47,305 bases of DNA from an uncultured Frigoriflavimonas sp. (lineage in GTDB: Bacteria; Bacteroidota; Bacteroidia; Flavobacteriales; Weeksellaceae), in contig CAXYUO010000001.1 in assembly GCA_964292185.1 (NCBI GenBank), positions 1-47,305 on the forward strand. The letters run 5' to 3'. The notes beneath the pieces are model-generated. The model did not search any database. It was not told the DNA's origin and was given only the letters and a program-made list of their open reading frames with translations. Within the stretch, counting starts at the first letter, position 1. Each line of letters opens with the position of its first letter. The translations under genes and the position numbers were made by a program. Positions 37,627 to 47,305 of this stretch are shown here, piece after piece.

Positions 37627-38217
37627 TTACTTAGTGAATTTCGATTTTTTCCATGAATCTAGCATTTGTTGTCCTTTTTCATTATCCACATACATTATAT
37701 TTACAGAGAACTCTTTTTTATCAAAAAGTCTGCTATACATCATCAAGTTTAAAATCATCTTATTAGGATATTCTACTTTCAATTTAAAAGTTTGAAAATT
37801 CAAATTGTCAATTTTTTCTACGCTCGAAGTTGAATCTATCTTTATACCAGGCATTTGCGTTTTGAAAGTTTCAAATATAATATTATTTACATTTTTGCAA
37901 GATTCTAAATAATCTCCGTCAATTGCAACATCAAAAGGTTGATAATTTGATTCAAAATAATTGAATTGGTCGCTTTTGAACACAAAAATTGTTTTAGATT
38001 GATTAATTATTTCTTCACCATAAGTATTTTCAATAGCTTCTTCTCCTTTATTTTGCATTTTTGACCATTCTTCTTTACTTACATTCTGAAAATTTTCTGG
38101 AATTGTAATCGTCCATTTAAAATCTTTATTATAAATCTCTTGTTTAGAAGTATTTTGACCGTTACAACTTTGAATTATAATTGTAAAACATACAATCAGA
38201 TATTTTAGAGTATTCAT
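37627..38217 (-). CDS. Hypothetical lipoprotein
   Basis: From ATG 38217, MNTLKYLIVCFTIIIQSC lipobox. Confidence 0.75.
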   Translation of the reverse strand: MNTLKYLIVCFTIIIQSCNGQNTSKQEIYNKDFKWTITIPENFQNVSKEEWSKMQNKGEEAIENTYGEEIINQSKTIFVFKSDQFNYFESNYQPFDVAIDGDYLESCKNVNNIIFETFKTQMPGIKIDSTSSVEKIDNLNFQTFKLKVEYPNKMILNLMMYSRLFDKKEFSVNIMYVDNEKGQQMLDSWKKSKFTK

Positions 38218-38260
38218 TTTTCTTATGATATTTGTTAAAATCAAGTCTTAAAATTTTGTA

Positions 38261-39265
38261 CTAACTTTTATGAAAATGCCCAGGAAAAGCTTGTTCTGGT
38301 TTTTGTTTTAAAATATTTAAATAAAACCAAGATTTCAAAAAACCCCAACCATAAGAAAAAAGCTGAATGAACGATGCGATAATTGCCATTGCTGCAATGC
38401 TTATGTTTTTGGTTTTGTACAAGGCATGGAAAAATATTAGGAAGGTGTAAAAGCCGTACATCATGAGGATAAAACTCATTCCGAAGCAAAAATATTCTAT
38501 AATTCCCATGACGTAACCAATTAAAAAAAGCGATGGAAACGCAAAAGAAAGCTTCACATAATTGGGATGTCTTTGGTTGAGAATTGGTCTTGCAACACCA
38601 AACTGATTGACTTGTTTAGAGAATTTCCCAAGATCGGTTCTTCGTTTGTGAAAAACGCCAATATCATCAAAAAACGCGGTAGAAAAACCATTTTCCCAAA
38701 GCGTCATGGATAAATCTGGATCTTCGCCAATTCTCATTTCCGAGAAACCTCCAACTTCATCAAAAGCAGATTTTTTCACGCCCATATTGAAACTTCTGGG
38801 TTGAAATTTAGACATAGATTTTTTGCTTCCGCGAATTCCACCAGTTGTAAGCAAAGAAGTCATAGCATAAGAAATTGCTTTTTGCATGAGATTAAAACCT
38901 TTTCCAGCTTTGTCTGCTCCACCAAATGCATCGCATTTTGTTTTGGCTAAATTATTTTTGATGTTTTCTATATAATCTTTCTCCACAATCACATCTGAAT
39001 CTACAAAAACGAGCCAATCTCCATTTGCATTTTTTGCACCAAAATTTCTGGAAAGTCCTGGTCCAGAATTGGTTTTCCGATAGAATTGAATGTTCAATTG
39101 GTCAATAAATAATTCTATAGTTGGCAAAAGTGCAACTAAAGAACCATCATCTACAACGATAATTTCAAAATTTTTATCGGTTTGCAAAGCAAGCGAACTG
39201 AGCAATTCAAAAAGTTCGTCTTTTCGATTGTAGATGGCGATTATTATGGAGATGGAATGTTGCAT
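38261..39265 (-). CDS. Glycosyltransferase family 2
   Basis: 'SIIIAIYNR', 'VVDDGS', 'N.GPG.SRN.G', 'FVDSD', 'GEDPD'; C-terminal TM helices. Confidence 0.93.
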   Translation of the reverse strand: MQHSISIIIAIYNRKDELFELLSSLALQTDKNFEIIVVDDGSLVALLPTIELFIDQLNIQFYRKTNSGPGLSRNFGAKNANGDWLVFVDSDVIVEKDYIENIKNNLAKTKCDAFGGADKAGKGFNLMQKAISYAMTSLLTTGGIRGSKKSMSKFQPRSFNMGVKKSAFDEVGGFSEMRIGEDPDLSMTLWENGFSTAFFDDIGVFHKRRTDLGKFSKQVNQFGVARPILNQRHPNYVKLSFAFPSLFLIGYVMGIIEYFCFGMSFILMMYGFYTFLIFFHALYKTKNISIAAMAIIASFIQLFSYGWGFLKSWFYLNILKQKPEQAFPGHFHKS

Positions 39266-39268
39266 GTA

Positions 39269-40459
39269 TTAATTTTTAAAAAAATTCTGCTTTTTTACTG
39301 TAAAATAAAGAATTTCAGCTCCTCTTTTTACCTTTAAGTTTAATTGATTTACCTTTTTTTCTTTACTTTTGAAATATTGAGTGCAAGCTTCATATTCGGT
39401 TAAGTTTTCCATATTTTCATCATTAATACTTAAAATTTCATCATCTATTTGTACTGGTATATTTTGATTGTCATAAATACTTAAAACTTTTATTTTCCCC
39501 GCTACATATTTGTAAGAAAATCCAAAAGATTCATATTCAATAGGAATCTTTTCAGTTTCTTTAAACAGAATTTCATTTTTTTTCCAATCTAAAATGAATA
39601 CATAATTTTTCAAAAACGTATTTCCAAGAAAACTGCTTTCACCCGTTTCGATAATTTGCTGTGATTGAGGAATATTATCAACACTAAATTCTTCAGTTTT
39701 AAATAATAAATTTTCATTATTCTTACCAACTCCATACATTCCTAAAGAATTTACTCCAGATTTTTTAATCAGATTTTTAGCAATTTTCGGATCATTTATA
39801 TCAATTTGGGATTTATTAAGAATTATGCTGCCGGCAAAACCAGTGTCAAAAAGTACCTCTTTATTTACTTTCTGTAATTGAATGTAGATTCTTGGTGATT
39901 TTTGAGGAAGAGGAGTAAAGCGAGTTCTGTATTTAAACTCTTTTATTTTAAAATTCGTTATATTCTTTGTTGCTTCTAATAGATTGTTTTGATAATCTAT
40001 CTTCCAATATAATTTCGCCATTTGATTTGCTCCAAATATTCCATCAATTTGGTAACATTTGAAAAGTGGATCTTCTAAATCGATCACAATAGCTCCAAAA
40101 TTTTTAAATTTAATTTCACCCAAATTCAATTCGGGTAAATAAGTAAATTTTTGTTTTCGTATTTCTTGATGCGCATCTTTTATATCAGATTCTTCTATTG
40201 TTTTTAGGTTTAGTTCTTCAAATATTTTATTTGAAATAATTAATGGAGCACCAGTATCAAAAACAAAGTTGTAGAATTTGCCTTCAATTTCCACCTTTAT
40301 AATTGGTAAATCATTAATAAAATTAAGCGGAATTTTTTCAACTTCACGGTTAATTTCCACTTTCCCTTTGTTATAAAATTTTTCGTTTTGTGAAAAAAGT
40401 AGAGCGGAAAAATTTAATAATATTAAAAAGTAAATTTTAAAAGAAACAATTTTACCCAT
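39269..40459 (-). CDS. Secreted retropepsin-like aspartyl protease (two DTG motifs) with a PDZ-like C-terminus
   Basis: 'FVFDTGA', 'DGIFGAN', 'LFDTGF', 'LGN.FL', 'DEILSIN'. Confidence 0.85.
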   Translation of the reverse strand: MGKIVSFKIYFLILLNFSALLFSQNEKFYNKGKVEINREVEKIPLNFINDLPIIKVEIEGKFYNFVFDTGAPLIISNKIFEELNLKTIEESDIKDAHQEIRKQKFTYLPELNLGEIKFKNFGAIVIDLEDPLFKCYQIDGIFGANQMAKLYWKIDYQNNLLEATKNITNFKIKEFKYRTRFTPLPQKSPRIYIQLQKVNKEVLFDTGFAGSIILNKSQIDINDPKIAKNLIKKSGVNSLGMYGVGKNNENLLFKTEEFSVDNIPQSQQIIETGESSFLGNTFLKNYVFILDWKKNEILFKETEKIPIEYESFGFSYKYVAGKIKVLSIYDNQNIPVQIDDEILSINDENMENLTEYEACTQYFKSKEKKVNQLNLKVKRGAEILYFTVKKQNFFKN

Positions 40460-40676
40460 TTTCTACATCTTTTTTTAAATCTGACGATGGATAATTAAAA
40501 ATAGAAACATTCTGAGATGCTAATAATTCTGCTAAAGCAACTTTAGAAATTCCTACAACTTCAGCTGCTTGTTCTAAAGAAAGTTTACATTTTTTGTACA
40601 TTATTGATACGATAAGCAGAAGTAAAGATTTCTCGTTTGCTTCTATGTTCTGAGGTAAATTTATTGTGATTGCCAT
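40452..40676 (-). CDS. UPF0175-family small HTH protein (putative antitoxin)
   Basis: 'MY....LSLEQAAEVVGISK....ELL....VSIFNY...DL..D'. Confidence 0.8.
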   Translation of the reverse strand: MAITINLPQNIEANEKSLLLLIVSIMYKKCKLSLEQAAEVVGISKVALAELLASQNVSIFNYPSSDLKKDVENG

Positions 40677-40715
40677 TTTTTTAATTATAAAATTAATAAA
40701 TATTTAGATTAGATA

Positions 40716-41927
40716 TTAAATCTCTTCTTCCTCAAAATACTGAAAAAGAAAATCATTATACGGAAATCTAGAAATGTGTATTCTTTGCACCTCATCATAA
40801 ATCATTTTCTTCATTTCTGGGAAATTTTCCTTCGTAAGAGCAGAAATAAAAACGGTTGGAAATTTAGATTTTGCCATCCAAGTTTTTTTCCATTCTTCTA
40901 AAGAAATATTTTTGTGCGTTTCTGGAGCAAGATCGTCTTCATCTTTTATTTCGTAAGAAAAATCGTCTATTTTATTGAAAATCAAAATCATAGGTTTTTG
41001 ATGAACTCCAATTTCTTCTAAAGTTTGGTTTACAGAATTCAGCTGATCTTCAAAGCCTTCATGAGCAATATCTACAACATGAATAAGCAAATCTGCTTCT
41101 CTCACTTCATCTAAAGTAGATTTAAAACTTTCTACCAATTGTGTTGGTAATTTTCTGATGAAACCAACGGTATCTGTCAAAAGAAAAGGCAAATTCCCAA
41201 TCACCACTTTTCTCACGGTTGTATCTAAGGTTGCAAACAGTTTATTTTCTGCAAAAACATCAGATTTGGAAATAGCGTTCATCAAGGTAGATTTTCCCAC
41301 ATTGGTGTAACCAACTAATGCAACACGCACCATTTTTCCACGGTTGTTTCTTTGGGTTGCCATCTGTTTGTCGATTACTTTCAATTTATCCTTTAATAAA
41401 GTTATTCTATCACGGATAATTCTTCTATCGGTTTCTATTTCCGTTTCTCCCGGTCCACGCATTCCTATTCCACCTTTTTGCTTATCAAGGTGAGACCACA
41501 TTTTGGATAACCTTGGCAAAAGATATTGATATTGTGCGAGTTCTACTTGCGTTCTTGCATAAGAAGTTTGTGCTCTTTGAGCAAAAATATCCAGAATAAG
41601 ATTGGTTCTATCAAGAATTTTAACTTCAATTTCTTTTTCTAAATTTTTCAATTGAGATGGAGAAAGTTCATCATCAAAAATAATGGTATTGATGTTGTTT
41701 TCGTTCACAAATGCTTTTATTTCTTGAGCTTTTCCACTTCCTACAAAGGTTTTTGGATCTGGAGTTGTCAATTTTTGTACAAAACGTTTTTCTACGGTTG
41801 CACCTGCAGTAAAAGCAAGAAATTCTAGCTCGTCCATGTATTCTTTTAGCTTCTCTTCATCTTGTTTTTGAGTAACTAAGCCAACCAAAACGGCCTTTTC
41901 ATATTGATGGTCTGATTTTTCTAACAT
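40716..41927 (-). CDS. hflX: Ribosome-splitting GTPase HflX
   Basis: 'GPGETEIETDRR', 'GYTNVGKST', 'LFATLDT', 'DTVGF', 'NKID'; ATG 41927 preferred. Confidence 0.97.
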   Translation of the reverse strand: MLEKSDHQYEKAVLVGLVTQKQDEEKLKEYMDELEFLAFTAGATVEKRFVQKLTTPDPKTFVGSGKAQEIKAFVNENNINTIIFDDELSPSQLKNLEKEIEVKILDRTNLILDIFAQRAQTSYARTQVELAQYQYLLPRLSKMWSHLDKQKGGIGMRGPGETEIETDRRIIRDRITLLKDKLKVIDKQMATQRNNRGKMVRVALVGYTNVGKSTLMNAISKSDVFAENKLFATLDTTVRKVVIGNLPFLLTDTVGFIRKLPTQLVESFKSTLDEVREADLLIHVVDIAHEGFEDQLNSVNQTLEEIGVHQKPMILIFNKIDDFSYEIKDEDDLAPETHKNISLEEWKKTWMAKSKFPTVFISALTKENFPEMKKMIYDEVQRIHISRFPYNDFLFQYFEEEEI

Positions 41928-42076
41928 ATTCTTCAAATTCGCCAATAGTTTGGCACTTAAAACAAATATAAGGATAATAAAAATTAAAATTTGTACTAAA
42001 GCCACTATTTCCAAAGCATTTAATAAAATAAATTAGTAAATTAGCGTTTCTAATCATTTTTTAAATAATTTATACA

Positions 42077-44296
42077 ATGAAAAAAATAGTACTGTTATGT
42101 ACGTTTCTATTAAGTTTCGTACCAATGAAAGCAGACGAAGGAATGTGGCTTCTCATGTTTATCAAACGTCTGAATAATGTGGATATGCAAAAAGAAGGAC
42201 TTCATCTTACGCCAGAAGAAATTTATTCTGTAAATAATGCTGCTTTGAAAGATGCAATCGTAAGTTTTGGAGGATTTTGTACTGGTGAAATCGTTTCAGA
42301 TCAAGGTCTGATTTTCACAAATCATCACTGTGGTTATGAAGCTATTGCAGCAGCATCAACTCCAGAAAAAGACTATTTGAAAGATGGTTTTTGGGCGATG
42401 AAACAATCTCAAGAATTTAATGCAGAAGGACTTTTCGTAAGATTTTTGGTAAGAATGGATGATGCTTCACAACGCATTAATTCTAAACTAAATAGCACAA
42501 TGTCTGCAGCAGAAAGAAAAGCAGTAATAGACGCAGAAACAAAAGCGATACAAGCAGAAAATTCTGAAAACGGAAAATACAATGTAGTTGTAAGAGATTT
42601 TTTTAATGGAAATGAATTCTACTATTTTGTATATCAAGATTACAAAGATATTCGTTTGGTTGGTGCACCTCCTTCTTCTTTAGGAAAATATGGTGGAGAT
42701 ACCGATAATTGGGAATGGCCAAGACATACTGCAGATTTCTCAATTTTTAGAGTTTATGCAGATGCAAACGGAAATCCTGCAGAATTTTCTCCAAAAAATG
42801 TTCCTCTTAAACCAAAGCATTATTTACCAGTTTCTTTAAAAGGATACAAACCTGGAGATTTTGCAATGATTTTGGGTTATCCTGGAAGAACAAATAGATA
42901 TTTGACTTCTTATGGTATCAATCAAATGGTAAATAAAGATTACCCAGCTTGGGTAAAAGGTTCTAAACTTTCTATGGATGTAATGAAAAAATACATGGAT
43001 AAAAGTGATGCTACAAGATTAAACTATGCTTCGCAATATGCTGGTGTAGCCAATTATTGGAAAAACAGACAAGGAACCATAGATGCTGTAATGCAAAATG
43101 GAACCATACAAAGTAAGAGAAACGATGAGTTTGAATTTAAAAAATGGGCTCTAGAATCTGGAAACGAAGATTACGCTTATGTTTTAGATGATATAGAAGG
43201 ATATTACAAACAAACTTCTGCAAGAAATGTAGAAAAAAACTACAACTCTATTGTACAAAGAAATGCTAAATACATTGTTACAGCTTATCAAGTAGGATCT
43301 ATGCTAAAAACTTATGCCGCACAAGATATGCAAGGAAGATTGGCAATGAAACCAAAAGTAGAAGCTGCTTTGAGTAAGGTTTACGAAAACTTCGATGCAG
43401 AATTAGAAGGAGAAATGATCAACTCTTTAGTAGGTTTATATCAAACTGATGTAGATAAAGATGTAGCATCTCCTACATTGATGAATGCCAACTCTAAAAC
43501 GCTTTCATTAATGGCACAATCTTCTATTTTTGCAAATAAAGCTTCTGCTACGAACTTTATTTTGAATCCTGATCGTTTGAAATTAGATGCAGATCCACTT
43601 TATAAATTTGCAAACGATTATATTACAGATAATAGATTACAAGGAGAAAGATTCAGTAAAATAGATGAAAATTTTGCAAAAAGCAACAGGGTTTTTTTAG
43701 CAGGAATGATGAAAGCTTCTCCTGATAAAAAATTCTATCCAGATGCAAATAGCACGATGAGATTAACCTACGGAACCGTAGATACATTACCAAAAAGAGA
43801 TGATAGAAACTATGATGGTATAGAAGAAAACTACTATACAACAATGGACGGAATGGTTGCGAAATACAAAAAAGGCGACGAAGAATTTGATCTTCCTACA
43901 AAAGTAATCGACATGAATGCTATGAAAGAATACGGAATGTATGCAGATGCTGCAGGATATATGCCTGTAAATTTTCTTACCAACAATGATATTACTGGTG
44001 GAAACTCTGGATCTCCTGTTATAGATGGAGATGGAAATCTTATCGGAATTGCTTTTGATGGAAACAGCGAAGCTTTGAGCGGCGACATCGTTTTTGAAGA
44101 AAAATTCCAAAAAACCATCAATGTAGATGTAAGATATGTACTTTGGGTGATTGATAAATATGCGGGAAACAAAAGACTCATCAAAGAATTAAATTTAATT
44201 ACTGATGAAAACACACCAAAAGAACCAAAAAGAAAGTATGTAGATCCAAAAGAAGCTAAGAAAAAAGCAAAATTGGAGGCTAAAATGAATAAATAA
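42077..44296 (+). CDS. S46 family dipeptidyl peptidase (DPP7-like)
   Basis: 'ADEGMWL', 'TNHHC', 'DNWEWPRHT.DF', 'TGGNSGSPV'; 'FDGN' (Gly rather than the Arg of DPP11). Confidence 0.93.
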   Translation: MKKIVLLCTFLLSFVPMKADEGMWLLMFIKRLNNVDMQKEGLHLTPEEIYSVNNAALKDAIVSFGGFCTGEIVSDQGLIFTNHHCGYEAIAAASTPEKDYLKDGFWAMKQSQEFNAEGLFVRFLVRMDDASQRINSKLNSTMSAAERKAVIDAETKAIQAENSENGKYNVVVRDFFNGNEFYYFVYQDYKDIRLVGAPPSSLGKYGGDTDNWEWPRHTADFSIFRVYADANGNPAEFSPKNVPLKPKHYLPVSLKGYKPGDFAMILGYPGRTNRYLTSYGINQMVNKDYPAWVKGSKLSMDVMKKYMDKSDATRLNYASQYAGVANYWKNRQGTIDAVMQNGTIQSKRNDEFEFKKWALESGNEDYAYVLDDIEGYYKQTSARNVEKNYNSIVQRNAKYIVTAYQVGSMLKTYAAQDMQGRLAMKPKVEAALSKVYENFDAELEGEMINSLVGLYQTDVDKDVASPTLMNANSKTLSLMAQSSIFANKASATNFILNPDRLKLDADPLYKFANDYITDNRLQGERFSKIDENFAKSNRVFLAGMMKASPDKKFYPDANSTMRLTYGTVDTLPKRDDRNYDGIEENYYTTMDGMVAKYKKGDEEFDLPTKVIDMNAMKEYGMYADAAGYMPVNFLTNNDITGGNSGSPVIDGDGNLIGIAFDGNSEALSGDIVFEEKFQKTINVDVRYVLWVIDKYAGNKRLIKELNLITDENTPKEPKRKYVDPKEAKKKAKLEAKMNK

Positions 44297-44318
44297 TAAA
44301 AATTATTCTACTAAATTT

Positions 44319-44353
44319 AAATTCCGAAAGTGTAATACTTTCGGAATTTTTTT
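44319..44353 (+). terminator. Intrinsic terminator after the S46 peptidase
   Basis: AAATTCCGAAAGT-GTAAT-ACTTTCGGAATTT followed by a T run. Confidence 0.85.
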
Positions 44354-44369
44354 GAATAAATTTTTTCAG

Positions 44370-44616
44370 TACATGACAAAAATAGCACATCGCCAAAAAT
44401 TGACTCGTTTTTTTTAACCGCAAAAGGGACAAAAGTTAAGTGCCTAATTAAGAATTAAATAACTTCTTAATAGTCAGTTAGAAATTCAAAAGTTGACAAA
44501 AGCAGTATGCGACATTCTTTTATTATCTTTTGGATTCACTTTTTTAAACAGCAATCTTTTGTCTCTTTTGCGGTTAAAACTACTATTTTTTACAAATTTT
44601 TATTTTTTGTCATGTA
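44370..44616. mobile_element. Nested inverted-repeat MITE-like element
   Basis: Outer perfect 13-bp IR TACATGACAAAAA; inner 24-bp IR at 44412-44435 / 44556-44579 (23/24). Confidence 0.7.
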
Positions 44617-44649
44617 GTAAAATCAATTTTAATTAAATTACAGAAATAA

Positions 44650-45159
44650 ATGGATTTACAAACCGATAGATTACTTCTAAAACCCGCAGATAAAGATGAT
44701 GCAGATTTTGTACTACAAATATATAACACCCCAAAATTTTTGAAATTTATAGGTGATAGAAAATTGAGAACCAAAAGAGATGCAGAAAATTATATCGCAG
44801 AAAAAATGCTGCCTCAAATGGAAAAATTGGGTTTCGGAAATTATGTAATTATTAATAAAGAAACTGGAGCAAAAATGGGAAGTGTAGGCATTTTTGCAAG
44901 AGAAACGGTAGAAGTAATGGATATTGGCTTTAGTTTTCTGCCTGAATTTTTCGGATTTGGATATGCTTTTGAAGCCTCAGAATTTTTAATAAATCACGTA
45001 AAACAAAACTTCGGTTTGCAAAAAATTTCTGCAATAACAATGGAAGAAAACACAGCTTCCAGAAAATTAATAGAAAAATTGGGCTTAAAATTCATCAAAA
45101 AAACCTTTCTACCAAATGATACAGAAGAACTAATGTATTATGAGAAGAATTTAGATTGA
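44650..45159 (+). CDS. GNAT (RimJ/RimL-type) N-acetyltransferase
   Basis: 'TDRLLL', 'DIGFSFLPEF.G.GYAFEA', 'N.AS..LIEKLG'. Confidence 0.92.
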   Translation: MDLQTDRLLLKPADKDDADFVLQIYNTPKFLKFIGDRKLRTKRDAENYIAEKMLPQMEKLGFGNYVIINKETGAKMGSVGIFARETVEVMDIGFSFLPEFFGFGYAFEASEFLINHVKQNFGLQKISAITMEENTASRKLIEKLGLKFIKKTFLPNDTEELMYYEKNLD

Positions 45160-45187
45160 AAAATCCGAAAGCAAAACGCTTTCGGAT
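45159..45187. terminator. Bidirectional intrinsic terminator
   Basis: ATCCGAAAGC-AAAAC-GCTTTCGGAT between convergent genes. Confidence 0.8.
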
Positions 45188-45218
45188 AATTAATTCAACA
45201 ATAATTCACTTTTTTATC

Positions 45219-45677
45219 TTATCTAAATGCGCTGAAACCAGCACCCATAATTGCAACTAAAAATATAAGAACGTAAATGCTAAGAATAACTAATGTAAAT
45301 ATTCCAATAAATTTATAATGAGATTTTAAGTAACCCAAAGCTTCATTTAATTTTTGATTATCATTGGTATTTATAGCTACTTTCACAAAATTTGCAAATC
45401 TATTTAAATAGTAAAGTGGAAAAAAATAAAATAATCCTATCAAAATATATACTATTACAACTCCAACTCCCATAAATCCACCAGTTACTCCACTAAAAAC
45501 AGTTGTACTTGCTCCAAAAACTAACATTGCCAATGCTGCAAGAATAATAAAACCTACGCCAATAAAGCCAAGAATTGATAAAAAATTTGCCCATTTTGCG
45601 GTTTCTCGTAAAAATGATTTGCCTTGTGTACTTATTTGTAACTCTTCAAAACTTGCAAAAGGTGACTTTTCTTCCAT
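45219..45677 (-). CDS. DUF5362-like membrane protein
   Basis: 'L.ETAKWA.FLSI.GF', 'YFFP..YL..FA', 'LKSHYKFIGI'. Confidence 0.8.
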   Translation of the reverse strand: MEEKSPFASFEELQISTQGKSFLRETAKWANFLSILGFIGVGFIILAALAMLVFGASTTVFSGVTGGFMGVGVVIVYILIGLFYFFPLYYLNRFANFVKVAINTNDNQKLNEALGYLKSHYKFIGIFTLVILSIYVLIFLVAIMGAGFSAFR

Positions 45678-45709
45678 AATAATTTTAATTTAATTCTTGC
45701 AAATTTACT

Positions 45710-47245
45710 TTAATTTTTCCAGCTATCTCTATCCAAGCTTCTGTATTGTATGGCTTCAGAAATATGGTCGTTTTCAATCGTTTTGCTCTGTTCCAAATCT
45801 GCAATGGTTCTCGCTACTTTCAAAATTCTATCATATGCTCTTGCAGAAAGTCCTAGTTTTTCCATCGCTACTTTTATCAAAGTTTGAGAAGTTTCATTTA
45901 ATGCACAAAATTTTTCAATTTGTTTTGGTCCCATTTGAGCGTTGTAGTTGATTTCCAAATCTTTATAGCGTTCACTTTGCATGTCGCGAGCTTTCAAAAC
46001 TCGTTCCCGAATGCTTATGCTTGTTTCGCCTTTTCGCTTGTCTGTCAATTGATCAAATTCTACTTTTTGCACTTCTATATGAATGTCAATCCTGTCTAAA
46101 AGTGGTCCAGAAAGCTTGTTCATATATCTTTGCATCTCAAAAATAGAAGAAGTATTATTCGGATCATCAGGAAAAAAACCACTCGGACTTGGGTTCATAC
46201 TCGCAACCAACATAAAACTTGCAGGATAATCTACCGTAAATTTTGCACGAGAAATGGTTACAACTCTATCTTCCAATGGTTGCCGCATCACTTCTAAAAC
46301 GGTTCTTTTAAATTCTGGCAATTCATCTAAAAACAAAACGCCATTTTGAGCCAAAGAAATTTCTCCAGGTTGCGGATAACTTCCACCACCAACTAATGCA
46401 ACATCGGAAATAGTGTGATGCGGAGATCTAAACGGACGAACCGTCATCAAAGAAGTATCCGTTCCCATTTTCCCAGCAACAGAATGTATTTTTGTAGTTT
46501 CTAGAGCTTCTTTCAAAGTTAAAGGTGGCAAAATACTCGGAACTCTTTTTGCGAGCATGGTTTTTCCACTTCCAGGTGGACCGATTAAAATAATATTATG
46601 TCCACCTGCTGCAGCAACTTCCATTGCGCGTTTTGCGGTTTCTTGTCCTTTCACTTCAGAGAAATCGAAAGGGAAATCGTTCACTTTTTCTTGAAATTCT
46701 TTTCTGGTATCAATCGTGGTTCTTTCCAAAGGTTTTCCTTCATTAAAAAAATCGATAACTTCTTTTATATTTTCTACGCCATACACTTCCAAATCGCTTA
46801 CAATTGCAGCTTCTCTAGTGTTTTGTTTTGGCAAAATAAATCCTTTGAAGCCTTCTTCTCTCGCTTTTATGGCAATCGGAAGAACACCTTTTATTGGCTG
46901 CAAATTTCCATCAAGAGACAATTCGCCCATTATCATATATTTATCCAATTCTTCTGCAACAATCTGATCAGATGCTGCTAAAATCCCAATTGCAATACTC
47001 ATATCATAAGAAGATCCTTCTTTCCGAAGATCTGCAGGAGCCATATTGATGGTAATTTTCTTCCCAGGAATTTTGAAACCACAGTTTTTTAGTGCTGCGG
47101 AAATTCTATAACTGCTTTCTTTGATGGCATTATCTGGCAAACCTACCAAATGATAGCCAATTCCACCTGTATCCACATTTACTTCTATCGTAATGGTTTG
47201 AGCAGAAACGCCGAAAAGCGCACTGCCATAAATTTTGACCAACAT
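45710..47245 (-). CDS. YifB/ComM-family Mg-chelatase-like AAA ATPase
   Basis: 'VGLPD.AIKES..R', 'NMAPADLRKEG', 'GPPGSGKT', 'PFRSPHH', 'FLDELPEF', 'LSGPLLDRID', 'LKVARTIADL'. Confidence 0.95.
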   Translation of the reverse strand: MLVKIYGSALFGVSAQTITIEVNVDTGGIGYHLVGLPDNAIKESSYRISAALKNCGFKIPGKKITINMAPADLRKEGSSYDMSIAIGILAASDQIVAEELDKYMIMGELSLDGNLQPIKGVLPIAIKAREEGFKGFILPKQNTREAAIVSDLEVYGVENIKEVIDFFNEGKPLERTTIDTRKEFQEKVNDFPFDFSEVKGQETAKRAMEVAAAGGHNIILIGPPGSGKTMLAKRVPSILPPLTLKEALETTKIHSVAGKMGTDTSLMTVRPFRSPHHTISDVALVGGGSYPQPGEISLAQNGVLFLDELPEFKRTVLEVMRQPLEDRVVTISRAKFTVDYPASFMLVASMNPSPSGFFPDDPNNTSSIFEMQRYMNKLSGPLLDRIDIHIEVQKVEFDQLTDKRKGETSISIRERVLKARDMQSERYKDLEINYNAQMGPKQIEKFCALNETSQTLIKVAMEKLGLSARAYDRILKVARTIADLEQSKTIENDHISEAIQYRSLDRDSWKN

Positions 47246-47305
47246 ATTTCTAAATATTAAATAAATATACTACTTATTAATAATAATTTGGAATATTTCC
47301 TTTTT

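Noticed and set aside
41927-42014. Hydrophobic N-terminal extension on HflX (upstream starts also extend miaB, 21623..22252, 33685..34032 and 37627..38244)
   Set aside because: Longest-ORF artefacts; the downstream ATGs match the expected N-termini or follow promoter motifs.
184-46981. Numerous short antisense or overlapping ORFs in the six-frame track (e.g. 2344..2544, 9530..9856, 13931..14266, 43834..44214, 46598..46981)
   Set aside because: They are shadows of well-supported genes on the other strand or frame and carry no recognisable motifs.
1-47305. tRNA, rRNA or riboswitch genes
   Set aside because: No cloverleaf or recognisable conserved RNA motif was seen by eye in the intergenic regions; an Infernal/Rfam scan would be needed to exclude them.

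Overview
AT-rich Bacteroidota chromosome segment. The gene order (miaB-sigma54 activator-lptE; bamD-rpoZ-coaBC-DUF4835/porD-recN) and TAnnTTTG promoters suggest a Flavobacteriales/Weeksellaceae (Chryseobacterium-like) host. Most of the window is housekeeping genes (miaB, lptE, rnpA, tcdA, tatD, bamD, rpoZ, coaBC, recN, mnmA, hflX, S46 peptidase, YifB/ComM). Three accessory structures stand out. (1) A tandem pair of DUF1016/YhcG PD-(D/E)XK nuclease genes, each carrying an in-frame array of four 27-bp DNA palindromes with a gene-specific core. (2) An integrase-free insertion hotspot between the convergent mnmA and LytTR genes. Its cassettes (a C-protein-controlled R-M system with two C5 MTases and two putative endonuclease subunits; a papain-like protease plus an ankyrin protein; an oxidoreductase) are separated by duplicated 3' ends of the two flanking genes. 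(3) A TonB-dependent receptor / TPR-like protein / 2TM / LytS-like kinase / LytTR signalling locus whose three promoters share a direct-repeat box at identical spacing. Several MITE- and REP-like elements and two disrupted genes (one nonsense codon, one poly-A frameshift) are also present. No rRNA, tRNA, CRISPR array, integrase or transposase was seen. All calls come from reading the sequence by eye; no database search was run.
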